This document shows, one piece after another, positions 42,501-59,905 of a DNA stretch of 64,000 bases (its first letter is position 1; every line of letters starts with the position of its first letter). The translations under genes and the position numbers were made by a program. This DNA comes from the human T2T-CHM13v2.0 reference genome, Homo sapiens: the NCBI RefSeq assembly GCF_009914755.1, contig NC_060947.1, one strand, 5' to 3'. The notes below the pieces were generated by a model. The model was not told where the DNA came from and did no database searches. It saw only the letters and a program-made list of their open reading frames with translations.

Positions 42501-45500
42501 GCTTCTCTTTTTAGTCTATGATCGTGAAAGATCACTTCTACTCTGACCAAAAGAACTGGAACATCCATAAGGAAAACGTCCATGTATAGTTTTAAAGCAG
42601 GCAAGGAATTTGGCCAACTCATTTCTTTGGTTAAAAATTCCAAATAAATTAGTAAGAATCTCTTACGGTCAATAAACTCTTAATATACAAATTATTGCTG
42701 TAAAATTAATGATATGGTTAATATTAACTGTTTTAAAATTCTGCATACAACTCTTCACATTTGATAAAATACAGTGAAAATAAAAAGTATCTTCCAATTG
42801 ATCATAAAACTTGTATGTGACACTGAAAAACTGTACATATGTTACTAGACATACTGTTTCTAGAACGTACAACTGATTTTTAACAATACTTTGCACCATC
42901 AAATGAGGTTCCCTTCTACATTGTAACCATGGTAAATTTTGTACTTTCAACAACCTTAACACCCTATCCTGTCTTCTCAGCATATGTCTTAAATTCCTTC
43001 AACAAATTGCCTTCAGGACAAACAGATTTTGTTTTCTGCATTACTTAAGTGATGTTGAATCTTCAATGCTTCATAGACATTTAGAAACGGACAGAAATCA
43101 TTTGGAAATATGTCTGATGTACCATTTCAGGTCAAAACTGAAGTAAAATTTAAGTTATGAGAAATTATTTTTTCCATCTTGGAATTTCATTCTAAAAGCA
43201 AACTGATGAATTACAAAATTATTCTAAATTTTTAAAAAGTAGTTTAATCTTAGGGCAAATTATTTTAAGTAGAAAATTCAGTTTGCTATGCATATACCAG
43301 TATAGATACATATAAAATATAGTTCACAGAATTTTTTAAAATCTATAATAGCTATACTTATGCTATTCTACATATTTTTACACTATGAATATATGTTAAA
43401 TATTTTCACTGTGGTAAGCACACATCAAATTTATAAATATATACGCACATATTTTTATTAGTGGCATAATAATATGAGTGGTTTATACAAGAGTGGTTCA
43501 TCTTTATCTTAACTTCTGAGGAAACTATACGTGGTTAAGAGGAACAGCCATTTACATGAGGTCCTAAATGAAGCACACTGATTCAGCTCTCATTTTCCTT
43601 TCTATACAAAAAGGGCAAGAATGTATGTGTCTTACGTGGTTGTGAGATTTATTATATCTCCATAGCCTAAGCTTGGGAAGGAAGATTCTGGACTTATAAA
43701 TTTAAGAGCTTTAATGCAATAATTGCTGGACTCCTAGTTTACAGAAAGCTTCATTTGTCTTTCAGCTTCATGAGCTACACCACTCAACTGTACTTTTGGG
43801 CTCTATACTAAAGGAGCTATTATGATTTAGGGTAGCAGTCCCTCTGAAATACACCTGAAGGGGTACTTCAGGCACTTAATATGTGTCTAGCTTATCTCAC
43901 AATTTGCACAATCACAGAAAATAAATATTATGCAATTTGTTCCTTGAACGACAAAAACGGAACAAATAGATAAGTTAGAATATTTGAGCCTTTAAGTAAT
44001 TTCATAAATTATTTTATTTAATGGGGAAACAGAGCTATGGTCATTTTAAGTAGTCATCCTAGTTATGGCCCAAACTTGAGCCTAATGACGTATCAGTTCG
44101 ACCATATCTTTACTGGTAGAACAAAAGGGTAGCATAAAATTTGATTAACACAGTCAACCAAACAGGAATGTCTCAAATCACACCCCTACCCCCCAGTGTT
44201 CCCTGGTATCTGCCAAAGTTAGCATTTTCCTTCAGATGGATTATTATTTTCACACCAAAATTACCAACGTTATTACCTCAACGACTGCCTTAATTTTGCT
44301 TTTCTAAACAGAATCTGGTCAATTAATATTTACTAAGCACCTACTATGTGTCCTGACTTTTCTACATGCCTCCAAAAATTAGAACTATGAGGGAAATAAT
44401 CAAGAAAATTAATATTCTCACTAGTCACACGATCATTTAAATCCTGCATGTAGTTTTACTTACCAAAAATTAAAAATCATTCCCGTAATTTCTAAATGTT
44501 TAAATTATTTCTGATTAATTCAGTGTAGGTAAGCTTGATATATAACTATGACATGAGACCATTTAAAGTATAGCTCTTGCATCAGCTTATTAAAATGAAA
44601 AAGTGATAATACAGTTTCTAGGGGGAACTTACATAACAACTAGGAGAATATTTTTAGATCACATAATTTTATTTAACATGAATATGCTGTTAAGTTGATC
44701 AGTTAAAATTACCAAGCAACATACATCTAAATAAAAATCTACTGGTATTTTCATTACCTGTTCTTAAACTTGTTCACTCAAGTCTCACCTGTTATATTTG
44801 TTTGTTTTCATTTTTAACCAAATACAGTCAGTCATGGGACTCATTAGAAGAAGAAAATGAATTGATTTTCTAGGAAGACCACTGAACTTTTGAATGCCAA
44901 ATTTGCAATTAAGGCAAAAAATAACTTATACACAGAATTTATGCCCCAAAATGCAGGCAGATTCTGAAAAAAGCTGACATGCACAACAAAAACATTTGTT
45001 GTATTTATTTATGATGTTCTTGTAAACGTCTTCTACAAAATGAAAAATAATCTTATTTGGAAATAGCATTATCCCTGATTTTCGTAAAATTTTATCTGGA
45101 AATATAGTAGTATAGCAATGATAATTTGAAAGAAGGTTGTTTACATATCATGTCAATGACACATTTGGTACACATAACTTTTGAGGCACTGAGTATTAGA
45201 AAAGATTAATTTTAATTTATTCTTGAAAAAGAAAGACAAAAACTTGGCTAGCTTTGTGCTTTTATCTCACTCTAAAAAAGTTACTTAAAAGTAAAGGTTA
45301 TCCCGAAGAGACTTCTTTTTTAAATGAGAGGAAGTGATAAAAAGTAACACAGAAAATGTCATATATATTATTACAAAACAGGAATGACGGTAAAACATTC
45401 CATATAATTTTAGTGTTTGGAAAAACATATTGCAAAAATGATTTAAAATCAGATGATGATCAGTTTTACACATATAACATGACTGTTAATGTTTTCAAAT

Positions 45501-45806
45501 TTCTGTTAACCTTATTTTCTTAAATTATTTGGATAAATTCTAGCAGATTTGCATTAAAATTTATTTCTCTGCTACAGACTGATAAAATATTCTACCACAT
45601 CCCATTTTCTTCCAATGAACTCAAAGTTGAATTTCTCCTAATAATTTCCTTAGCATTAAAAAAAGAATAATAAAAAACATACAAACACCTTTTAATTTAA
45701 ATTTGTATTTAACAAGTGCTTGTCTGATATAATTCAGCTGATAAATATGAACCTATGTGTTTATCAAATCCCTAAGAAGATTATCTAAATCAACTCGTGT
45801 AATTAC

Positions 45807-45894
45807 CATTCACCATCTGTTCCACCAGGGCCTGAGCTGATCTGCTGGCATCTTGCAGTTTTCTGAACTTCTCAGCTTTTTCTCGCTCTATGGC
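45807..45894 (-). CDS. DMD: Dystrophin exon 19 (88 bp), AIEREKAEKFRKLQDASRSAQALVEQMVN
   Basis: Acceptor ctgcag|GCCATAGAG, donor GTGAATG|gtaatt; absent from the ORF track, read manually. Confidence 0.98.
45830..45860 (-). promoter_or_regulatory. Exonic splicing enhancer region of exon 19 (dystrophin Kobe region, classic exon-skipping antisense target)
   Basis: Plus strand reads GCCTGAGCTGATCTGCTGGCATCTTGCAGTT, which I recall as the 31-mer antisense oligo used to skip exon 19. Confidence 0.75.
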
Positions 45895-46954
45895 CTGCAG
45901 CATGAGAGCAAAGATGAGTAATTCAATACAAGGACTGTGAATCTACACAATAATTATAACTTCTACTTGCCCTTTCAAGCCTTAAGATGTTTCACTCTGT
46001 CAGCTTATCACGTGAATCTAAAGACTTTTTCTCAACACTTTTGCCATCAAAAACATCAAAATGGCAATAAAAGCATGAGCCATTTTCATGACTTGCTACA
46101 ACTTTTAATTATAAGATTTCTACTCAGCTTTTTTTTACATTATAGTTTCTGATACATTTCAACGCAAGACTGCAAAAAGTAAAAAGGCAATTCATAACAA
46201 TGAAAGATAAAGTGTCACATAACTAAAATGAAATTTATCTTTTAAAGATACACCATTGAAATTACTAATAAGTATATAGGCGGTATTAAAAATCAAATTG
46301 AGAATCCAGTATGTATATAAGATGGAAAAAATAAACTACCATAAATAATTTAGCAGAAATATATAATATATGTACATATATATTTAAATACCAGGCTGTA
46401 GGCTAATTTTTCTTTCAAAAATAATCAAAGTACTCCTATTTCCAAGGAAGACAAGATTGAGTTTCAAAAAACTTTCTGAATTCCTTTATTTCCCTTAAGA
46501 GTTACATTTTGAACCACAAATGCAAAATTATTTCAGTTAACAATAGCCAGAATTTCATACTATTGAGTTTAGCTAATAATATTCCTATGGAGACATAAAT
46601 TTTAAACTATGACAGAGTAGAACTACATTACTATAATCATCAAGAAGTGTTGACTATAACAATGTGTATGTCCTAAAACATAACTATTCAAATAACTATA
46701 ACGCAATTAAAATATAGTAAGAACAACACACCTGTGACTTAACAATCATATTATAACAAAGATTTCTCTTGAATTTGAGGCAGAAGGTTATTCTACATGA
46801 GACTATTTTTTAAGACTTCATTTACATCCACAGGCATTTAAAAAAATATTTCCAGGTAAAATACTGGAGTACAGATGGGAGGGCAAATAACAGATACATG
46901 GACAGTCTGCACCACTGTTGAGTATAAATTTGTGCAGGGATGGAAATGATCTGT

Positions 46955-47135
46955 ATCTGTGTCATCCAATATGATAGCCAATAACCACATGTGGGTATTC
47001 AGCACTTGAAAGGTGGTCAGCATGACTTGAAAAAAAAAGAATATTTAATTTAATCTAATTTTATTTATTTTAAATAATTTAAAATTTAAAGGTTACATGT
47101 GACCAGTGTTAACTGTGATTGTACAGCGCAGATCT
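46955..47135. mobile_element. MER3-like hAT element
   Basis: tccaatatgatagccaataaccacatgtgggtattcagcacttgaaa...ttgtacagcgcagatcta. Confidence 0.75.
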
Positions 47136-47171
47136 AATACATTCCTTTAAAAGCAAATAGTTAAGAGATAG

Positions 47172-47436
47172 GCCTGTAATCCGAGCTACTCAGAAGGCCT
47201 GGGCAGGAAGACTGCTTCAGTCCAGGGATTTGAGATCAGCCTAGGCAAAATCGAGAGACCTCCATCTCTGAACAAACAATTTTAAAAAATTAGTCAGGCG
47301 TGGTGACAGGAGCCTGTAGTCCCAGCTACTCAGGAATCTGAGGCAGAAGGACTGCTTGAGCACAGTAGTCTGAGTAGGCTGCAACGAACTATCATTGCGC
47401 CACTGTACTCCAGCCTGGGCGACAGAGGGAAACTCT
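47172..47436 (+). mobile_element. Truncated AluJ-type element
   Basis: gcctgtaatcc...aaaaattagtcaggcgtggtg...cactgtactccagcctgggcgacagag. Confidence 0.88.
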
Positions 47437-47581
47437 TTCATATAATATGGCAATATCAGAAATAGTTGCAGAGAAAAAGTAATCATCTAGACAACACTAT
47501 TTACTAAGCACATTAAATTATGTAAATGCTTATACAATAATCCACATATTTTTATGTATCTGAAAAGACTATCTAATTTAA

Positions 47582-47909
<328 letters not shown>

Positions 47910-47949
47910 GAATAAAGGTTTTCTTAAAAATTTATTTTAAAGAGTTTCC

Positions 47950-50420
<2,471 letters not shown>

Positions 50421-52539
50421 AAGGTTTCATGAATTAGGAATACTGGATTCAATATCAAGAGTACAAAATGCTAAAAAAAAAAAAAAAAGCCAATCATTCA
50501 CAGAATAAACTCCATCAGGAATAGCTGTAATATATAAAATACTAATTAAAACTGAGAATAAATTAAGAGTAAAATTTAAAAAAAATCTATAAGGTAGTAA
50601 TTTTGTTTTATTTTCTTAAATACCTATCTCTTAGCTGAAAGATACACATTTTACATGGTGCTCTGAAGGGCAACAAATGAAAACTCAGTTTTGTCTAATT
50701 AGTTAAGAAACTCTGAAAGTGACAGACACTTTTTAATATCTTACATTCCACTTGAAAATTTCAAAGCACCCAGTTTGTGGTATTTTGTGATTTTATGTTC
50801 CCAGGATCCCTTTCCAATTAGCAGGTAAAACTTCTGAGTTGTCTTGAAATTCAGTTTCACAAAGACAGTATTGAATTGTTTCCAGGAACGTGCACAATCA
50901 TGGATGGTTCTAATTTGTTGGTTGAACTGAAAAGTCCATGAAAATAGAGTAGCTACAACATCTAGTTAAAAGTAAGATCCTAGATGAAGCTCCAATATTT
51001 CTATTTTCTCAACTTATTAGTTTTTGTGATCTAAGTTATCTGTCCTTAGCAGCTTATGGCATACTTGTTTTTCACTACTTACATTTATTCTCCATTAAAA
51101 GGTAAATGTTATATGGAAAGCACCCTGAGCATCTTAGAGGAGAAAAAATAAGCACATTTAAGTAAATATGTAATGTAAATATCAAGAAAGACAGGAGGAT
51201 TTGGGGTGTCCAGAATTTGAACTTTATCCAGAAAACAATATACAGATGAAAGAAAAAATATATACCACAATACAACACATAAAGGAACAATGACAACAAG
51301 CTGAGTAAAGTGATGTTCTTTGAGTTACTTTTAGAGTTATCTTCTCCTATCAGAGGGGTTTCTATTTTATCTACATTGAGCTTTTGCTTTAGTTTTTGTG
51401 AAATGATATAAAAAGTAGAATGAGAACACTATGTGGTCTTTATAAATATTGAAAATAAATTATCAATAGCCCTCTAAATGTTATCATCATAATCTCTTTA
51501 TTCTAAGCTTACTAGAATCAATTAATATTACTAACAGAGAACAAAACTTATATTTGAATATCTCAGGAATCATATTTGACCTTTAATATCTTGTTAACCA
51601 CATTGTTCCAGTTATTCTAATATAAATAGTCTCAGTAACAACCACCACAACTACAACAAAAACAATAATCTATAAAGTAGGTACTATTACTTTCCCATTT
51701 TGACAGAGGAGGGAAGTGAGGCACAGAGAGGTTTGTGAAAATTTTGAAAACAATGCAATAGCCACATTGAAAATAAGATTCCTTATACTACCAAATTATA
51801 GTTTATGTATATAATTTCCATATGTATGTCATAATAATTGTAAGAAAGAAGAAATCAGCATTGTTGTATACCATTTTATACAAGAGAAAACTGAGCATCA
51901 GTAAGATTAAATCGTATATCAAAGGTCATCATATTAGGAAGTTTTAGATTCAATATTAGAACCCTGCTCTTCTACTTATAATTTCAGCTTTCTTTCAGAC
52001 ATGCTCTGCTGTTGCTAGGGGTATTTCAATGGATATTATTCAAAAAGGTGTGAGCGTATCAGAATATATATCAGAGCAAACAGAGCTTATAGTTTGGATG
52101 TATTAGGGATGTTCAACATATTTAACTATTAATTCAGCAGGGCCAACAAGATATCACAAGGAATGCCGGGTCACTCAGAATGGTCTCTGACAGTCTATAG
52201 GCTGATTACCAACTCTGTATACAGCTCAAATAAACTGAATAACTGGTGCATAAAGAGACACATAGACCCCAGAAAGAAGCAGTCAATGGTATCTGCATAT
52301 TTGTCAATGTTCAGACGATATCTGGGTTCTGTTAGGGCACATTACTTTCAAGAGGAACATTGCAAAATGAAGAGGAATATGCATACAAGTATGCCTTGAA
52401 GAGTGTGAATGAGACAGTGAAGAGCCCAGAAAACATTTCATTTCAGACACAGCTGTAGATAGTTGATTAAAAATAATAAAATTTAGTATAACAAAGAGAT
52501 GTTAAAGAAGATACTACAACAAAAGGGCCTGCAGTCACC

Positions 52540-52690
52540 CTTTTTGCTCTGCTGTTATCAGTTCTGTCTCTACTGCTTACTATCTGTCCCTAATAAAGTA
52601 CTTCGACCTTTCTGAACCTCAGTATTTCCTATGTAAAATAGCAATAAAGATACCTACCATGTGGGACTTCTGAGGGGATTAAAGGAAGCT
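52540..52690 (+). mobile_element. MIR
   Basis: ctactgcttactatctgt...acctttctgaacctcagtatttcctatgtaaaatag...gaggggattaaa. Confidence 0.65.
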
Positions 52691-52861
52691 CGCTATTTAT
52701 TTCCCAAAATGAGATAGTTTTTATAGTAAAATGGGGAGCTAGGAATAATTAAGCTGAGAAAAATGGTTTGACATAAGCTAAGACTATACCCGACAAACTG
52801 AAATATGTGCTCATTCTACTTAAAGGTAACTTCAATAATCTTAAAAAGAAATTTAGGAAAC

Positions 52862-53161
52862 TTTTTTTTTTTTTCTTTTTGAGACGGAGTCTCGCTCTGT
52901 CGCCCAGGCTGGAGTGCAGTGGCGCAATCTTGGCTCACTGCAAGCTCCGCCTCCCGGGTTCACGCCATTCTCCTTCCTCAGCCTCCTGAGTAGCTGGGAC
53001 TACAGGCGCCCGCAACCATGCCCGGCTAATTTTTTGTATTTTTAGTAGAGACGAGGCTTCATGGTGTCAACCATGATGGTCTTGATCTCCTGACTTCATG
53101 ATCCACCCGCCTCGACCTCCCAAAGTGCTGAGATTACAGGCGTGAGCCACCGTGCCTGGCC
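52862..53161 (-). mobile_element. AluY-like
   Basis: gcaagctccgcctcccgggttcacgccattc diagnostic. Confidence 0.93.
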
Positions 53162-53619
53162 ACGGAAACATTTTTGACACAAGAGATGATGAGAGTACCT
53201 TGTTCGTGGAAATGTCCAAATAACCACATATAAAAAGTGTTAAAAAAAAAAAAAAAAAAAGGTTAAGTAAATAAACATCACTGAAAATCGCCATTTCTCC
53301 TGGGATCTGGCCACCCATACGTTCGTCCTCAAATGAAATATATGAACTTCTGTTTTCAGGTAGGTTGGATCAGTAGTTCCTAAAATTTCTACCGTCTCCC
53401 ATTAACTCACAGAAATATACATTAAAAAGCACAGAAAAGCACAAAAACCAAAAACAAAGTCTAAAGAGATATATTTTGCTGAAAAAGGAAGATAACTGTC
53501 CTCATTTTAAGTGACTGTGTATCAACAAAGAGGAACATAGGCCTTCCACAGGTCTATCTTGCAAAGTAAAAACTGGTTCAAAACAAAAACAAAAACTGGC
53601 TCTCACATCTATTCTCTTA

Positions 53620-54650
53620 CTCAGTCCCATCAAAACTGCTCTTATCAGTCTCACCATTGGCCCCCAAGCTACTGCATTCAATGACTGATGTTCAGTTCTC
53701 ACTTTACCTATCACCATGATTTGATTGAGAGGATTCCTTTTTCTTCTTAGAAGTATTTGCTAATTTGGCTTCACGTACTACTTGAACACAGTTTTCCTCC
53801 AACTTCAGAGGTCACCTTTCCTCCATCTCCTTTGCAGGTTCCTAATCATGTCCCTGAGCTCGCACTTTGGAGTGTCCTAGGCCTCAATCTGTGTTTTCCT
53901 TTGTTTAGGCCAAAAACAGAATCCTCCACTCCCCTCTCTCTCTCAAGCCTCACATTCAATCCATCACAAAGTCCTGTTGGCTCTAACCTCAAAACATAGC
54001 CAGAAAGTGAGTTATCATGGTGCTCACTACTACCACATTAGACAAAGTACCCCATCATCTCTGAGGGGTATGAATGTTTCAAAATAGGATACTAAAGGTC
54101 TTTATATTTCACCCTTTGTTCTCTGATTATATATTATCAACACAGCAGACAGAGACAACAGGATTCAGCTCAACTCGCTGACAGCTGAATAAAAGCTCAA
54201 GTCCTTACCATGGTCTGATCTTAATTAACTTCCTTAACCTTTCTGAATTCTTCTGCTGCTAAACATCGTGATTTTTCTGCTGCAGCCACACGCTTACCTT
54301 TTCCCTGATGCTACAGGCATGCTGCTGTTACACGGCTGTGCATTTATTTTTCCCCATGCCTAAAAAGGCCCTAAATTACTTACTTGGACATTTTCCCCCA
54401 TCAAATGCCACTTTTTCAGCTAGGCCTTTTAGTGCCACTCTGTCTACAAGCACATGCATACCCTCTCATTTTATTCTGCTCCTTGGAACTTATCACTAAC
54501 ATTCCACATGCTTTACATATTAGTCTTGCTTCATTTCCATCTTTCCCACTAGAATGTAAACTATATAAGGTCAGGTATCCTTATCTATATCCTTCTCTAC
54601 TCTATCCCAAGTCTCCATGAAAGTGGCTGGTACATTATAGGTACATAATA
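53620..54650 (+). mobile_element. Degenerate L2
   Basis: cacattcaatccatcacaaagtcctgttggctctaacctcaaaacata...cccactagaatgtaaact. Confidence 0.65.
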
Positions 54651-55293
54651 AGGCGAGCTCTATTTTAGCGTAACGCGTCCATATACAATATTATGGTCTC
54701 TCCCCTTACCCACAATGCTCTCTTAAAGTGCAAATTCATAACGAACTCTAATAGCTTTATATAAAGTGGCCATAAAACCAGTACATGGGGACAGGTGCTG
54801 CAAGCTCAGTAAAGGAAGGATGGATTAAATCAAAGTATTCTAGAAACTGCATATTAGTTAGGGAGTTGGGCACATCCATCTTTTCTTCAGCTCAAGTCCT
54901 GATACTGGTAATAAACCAATACCTAAGTAGAAAAGAAAGAGTACCATATACAATCCATGAGTCAAAACTTGGTAGAATCTTACCTCTCTGTTTTTATTTC
55001 ATGGCTCTGATCTTCCACCTCCTCTCTCTATGTGTGTGTATGTACATATATGTACATACACATACATACTGTATATATACCCCTTTCCCATGTTTTCAAG
55101 ACCAAGGGTATCATCTGAATACTCTTCAACCACAGTCTTCATTTTCTTTTATATATTTCATCTTCAATGAAATTTGGACTAATATTACCATATTAGTCCA
55201 AATTCCAGTATTTCAATATTACTCCAAATACCTACAGTCAGACTTCAGCCTTCACTACTGTACAAAAAGTTATTTTGTGAAAGTCATTAATTT

Positions 55294-55668
<375 letters not shown>

Positions 55669-56739
55669 CTACAATTACCTCCTCGAAATTGCCATGTTCA
55701 TAAAAATACCTCTGCCCTTGACAATATTATCTTTCTCTTAAATTTCGTCCTCATGAAGTCATCCAGCTTTTCTGTATGTGTGTTTTTCTATAGAGCTGTT
55801 TATCATATATGTGTCTACATGCATATACATTTTTAATCTTGAAAGGATCTATATTTCATAACATACAGTTTTTAAATTATGCTATTAACATATAGAATAC
55901 TAAATACTTTACTCAATATATGCTTAATATATGATCACATGTTTAGAAGCCACTACTCGGATTCTAAATTATTTAGTACACATAATTTCAAGTAAAGTAT
56001 ACAGAAGCTAAAAAAGGCATCAGTAAATCAATGTATCAGAAATGAGTGATTATTGTGGGCTCATGAAAATTCTTAGAGATCATGAAGAATTATAAATACT
56101 AAAATGGGTAACCTAAATGCAAAATAAAAGGCAACTAAGTTATATAATATTCAATAAAAGGAAGAAAAGTAAAATAATTTGAAGCAAAGAATACAACACA
56201 GGGAAGTTCACAAATTCCTCAATAAGTTGATTAAAACCTCTTTCAGACCTCTGTTCCTCCTTCTTTATTAGCACCTCTTAAAAGCCTCCTCTTTCTGTAT
56301 CTTCTCTAACATTATGAAAATAAGTTATGGATCTCTATCAGTCCTACTCCGACATTAGAAGTAATTAAGAATCTACTCATTTAACATTCTATAATGAAGT
56401 TTTACCCTTTGACTGAAGAGTAACTTATTCACTCAAATGTTTATTCAGAAGTTGTTCTATCCTTCATATTGGTAATAGATCCTATCTTAAATGCAACTGC
56501 AGAACTGAAAAAAATCACATATCCATATAGTTAAACATTTATTGGTTTGTGTGTTAGGCATGGGGACACCAAAAACAAAACACACACACATAAAACCAAA
56601 GCCACTTCACGTTCAAGTCCTGATTTCTAGAAACCAACAATGGAATTGAAATGAAAATGGCTAGAAATTAGTTTGTGCAAGTAAACAAAAATTAGATCAT
56701 TGTAGGCTTTAAGAGGGCAATATGAAGACATGGACTTTG

Positions 56740-57339
56740 TCAACACTCTTCAGACAAAGACCACTGGAACATATTTGTAGGTTATCAAAGTTAACCTGAT
56801 TTACACGCTGCAACGAGAGAGACAGCGCATCACAGGGAACTATGGGGCTGTCTCTAAGAGTATGTTAGAAAAAGCTTATTTTAAGATGTGGGCTTGTGTT
56901 ACATGATAGGGGGCATCAAGGAAGTGGGGCTTTGTTTTGATTGGATGTTGTAAGGAAGTAGGGTAATTCTATGTTGAGTGTCCTAAAATTTTTATCTAGA
57001 TGGCAGGAGGAATGCAGAGAGGCTAAAGCTGTGTTTAGTAAAGAAGCATAATGTGTCACATTAATGAAGATGAGGGATATTTGGTCATTAGGCGTGGTTT
57101 GGACAATGCTATTCTTTTTTACTGTATTAAGATATGATTACAAAGTGGTCTTGCTTTTATCTTGATTCATCACAACCATAGCGTGTCCCTGTATGATGCT
57201 GGCATCCCTAGCAATTATTTATATTCAACCAGAGAACATCAGACTGGCTGCAAGTACCAAGGCAACATCTAGCAGTTCCAAAGCCTAACTGAAGTGCCAA
57301 GCCAGCTCCTGGCTATCAGTAGCTGATTTTATCTTTCTC
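56740..57339 (-). mobile_element. ERVL LTR (MER76-like) inserted in a minus-strand L2
   Basis: Minus strand starts tgagaaagataaaatcagctactgatagccaggagctggc and ends ...gttgaca (TG...CA termini). Confidence 0.5.
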
Positions 57340-58512
57340 AAATGATTATAAACACAGACATAACAAGATCATACTGAGGTTTTAATATGTTCGCTTTGGC
57401 AGAGGTGATGTGGAAACTTCTAAAGGAATATAACATTAGTAGCAGGGAAGACCAGCTACAGGATTGTCATCTTAAATAGAAGTAAGCCATGATATTAGCT
57501 TTAATCAGGGTTTTGGTGATGGGAATAGAGAGAACTGGACATTTTCAAGAGCTGTTAAGGGAGCAGGATTAATTGAACCTGTCAAAGATTGGACTTGTGA
57601 ATGGTAGAAGAAAAATCTAGGTGACCCAGTTCACTTTCAGGTTTCTGGATTAGGCTGTTTGCAGGGTGAAAGGAAGGAGAAAGAATAAAGGAGGTCTGGG
57701 GAAATAATGAGATTTAAGATATCAGGCAAACATCAATTAAAATTGTCTATTAGGCAGTCAGATATATCACCCTGGGTTTTAAGAAAGAGATGAGCTAAAG
57801 ATACATATGGGAGAAGGGTTCATTTGAAAATAGACACTATTTGAATGGGAATGAATGAGGATATCCAGAGAAGAAACACAAGGACTCTGAAGAATATCAA
57901 TATTAAAGAAAAACTGAATTGGAACAAATGGCCAAGAATGTGAAAGAATTAATCAGGAGAAAGCAGTATCCCATAAGCCAAGCGAGGAAAGAATTTCATG
58001 AGGGAAAAGAGGTTAATAGGTTCTAGTTCTACAGAGGGATTGAGTAAGATAAGGCACGTTAAGTATTCACATGCATGTTTATAGGAGAGGACACGTTCTA
58101 AAAGATGAAAACACAACCGGTTTAAAAGCTAATGATAAAGACCTGGGATGTAGATTTTTGACAATCTGGATATACAGCTGAATGGAACCAGGTGGCTTAA
58201 TACATAGTCAGTGATGCTGCTGAGAACACACACCCAGAGATGAGCCTCAACCAGGTGAAGGATAGCCTCTTCCACTAAGGCAGGTGGAAAAAAAAAAAAA
58301 AAAAAGATACTATGAGCACAAATACCCACAATTTGAGAAATATTATTTCGACTAAAGTAGGAGATGAAATCATTTACTGTGAATGATGGGGAAAGTTTAG
58401 GTACCCCACAAAAGCTTGAAATAATTGTTGAGAGAAACTAAGTTGAAAATATACTTAGGATGCACGGAAAGCTTATGAAGAACTGCTGGTTTTGTTAAAA
58501 TATGTTGTTAGT

Positions 58513-58800
<288 letters not shown>

Positions 58801-59759
58801 TCTTATTAAAGAAATGGAGTAATGCCTGACAATGACAACATCTACATACATACAATCATGACAGCAGGTAGCTGAATTGAGGAGATGAGAGAAACAACAG
58901 CTTTTAGTGATAGCAGGAGAGCCCACAGGGATGCTGAAATAACTAAGAATGAAAGAACAAATTGGTTGAAAAAATCTACTAACCTAGTGCCAAAGTCTTC
59001 AATGAGAAAATATGATAAAATGGTAGATAAGAGATGGCCAGAAGTCATTAACTGCAAGGAAAGAGGTATTTTTACATGAAGAGAGCAGTATCTTTGGAAT
59101 TGTCTCTGTTAGGTGAGGGAGTCAGTCATTCTAAAGTAGTGGGGGTACAAAAGAGGGATGAGTCATAGTGCTGTTTTCGAGGGTAAAATTGGTTTCCACG
59201 TATGAGTAGAATAAGTATATAGAAGGCTTGTCTTGAAAAAGTGTTTGAGCCTGCCGAGTGAGAGTGTGGGAAAGCAGAGGAAGTGAAGCAAGGAAAAGAA
59301 AGTGCAATAGAGCAGAGAGAGAAAGATAGAAGAAAATATAGACTCGAGGTACCTATACTCTGGGTAGTAAACACAGATAACAGAGATAGGAGAAATTGGA
59401 AGCATTAACTGGCTTGATGATTTCCAGCGGGAGTTGGTAAAAAGTTGATTCTGAAAGAGGGTAATCAAGTGCAGATCCGAGGAAGAGCCCAAAGCCAGAT
59501 GACCATAACGACTTGATAGGGAGGGTTTCAAGAGAACCTCACAGAAGCTCCAGATTTTCAGACACCTTATCAAATCCCCTTGTGATCAAAGGAGGCTATT
59601 TTTTTTGTTTGTTTCATTACCAATTTGCGTTACCATGTGCTCACGGAAAAAATTCGAGTTGTTAGAATCTGTTAATTCAGCTAAAAAGTCTGAACTGCAG
59701 TGATACTAAAAGAATGTGAGAGGTAACTGCTACGTAAAGCCCAAGATTGTGTCCTAGAA

Positions 59760-59905
59760 TATTGATTCTCGAGCCTTTATGTGCATAGGAATCACTCCTG
59801 GAAAATGTTCAAAGGCAAATTTTGATTTACTAGTTCTGAGATTCTATATTTCTGACAAGCTCCCAGATAATGTCAATATTGGTGGTCCAGGGACATTTTG
59901 ATTAG
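59760..59905. mobile_element. MER5-like hAT remnant
   Basis: ctgagattctatatttctgacaagctcccagataatgtcaatattggtggtccagggaca. Confidence 0.65.
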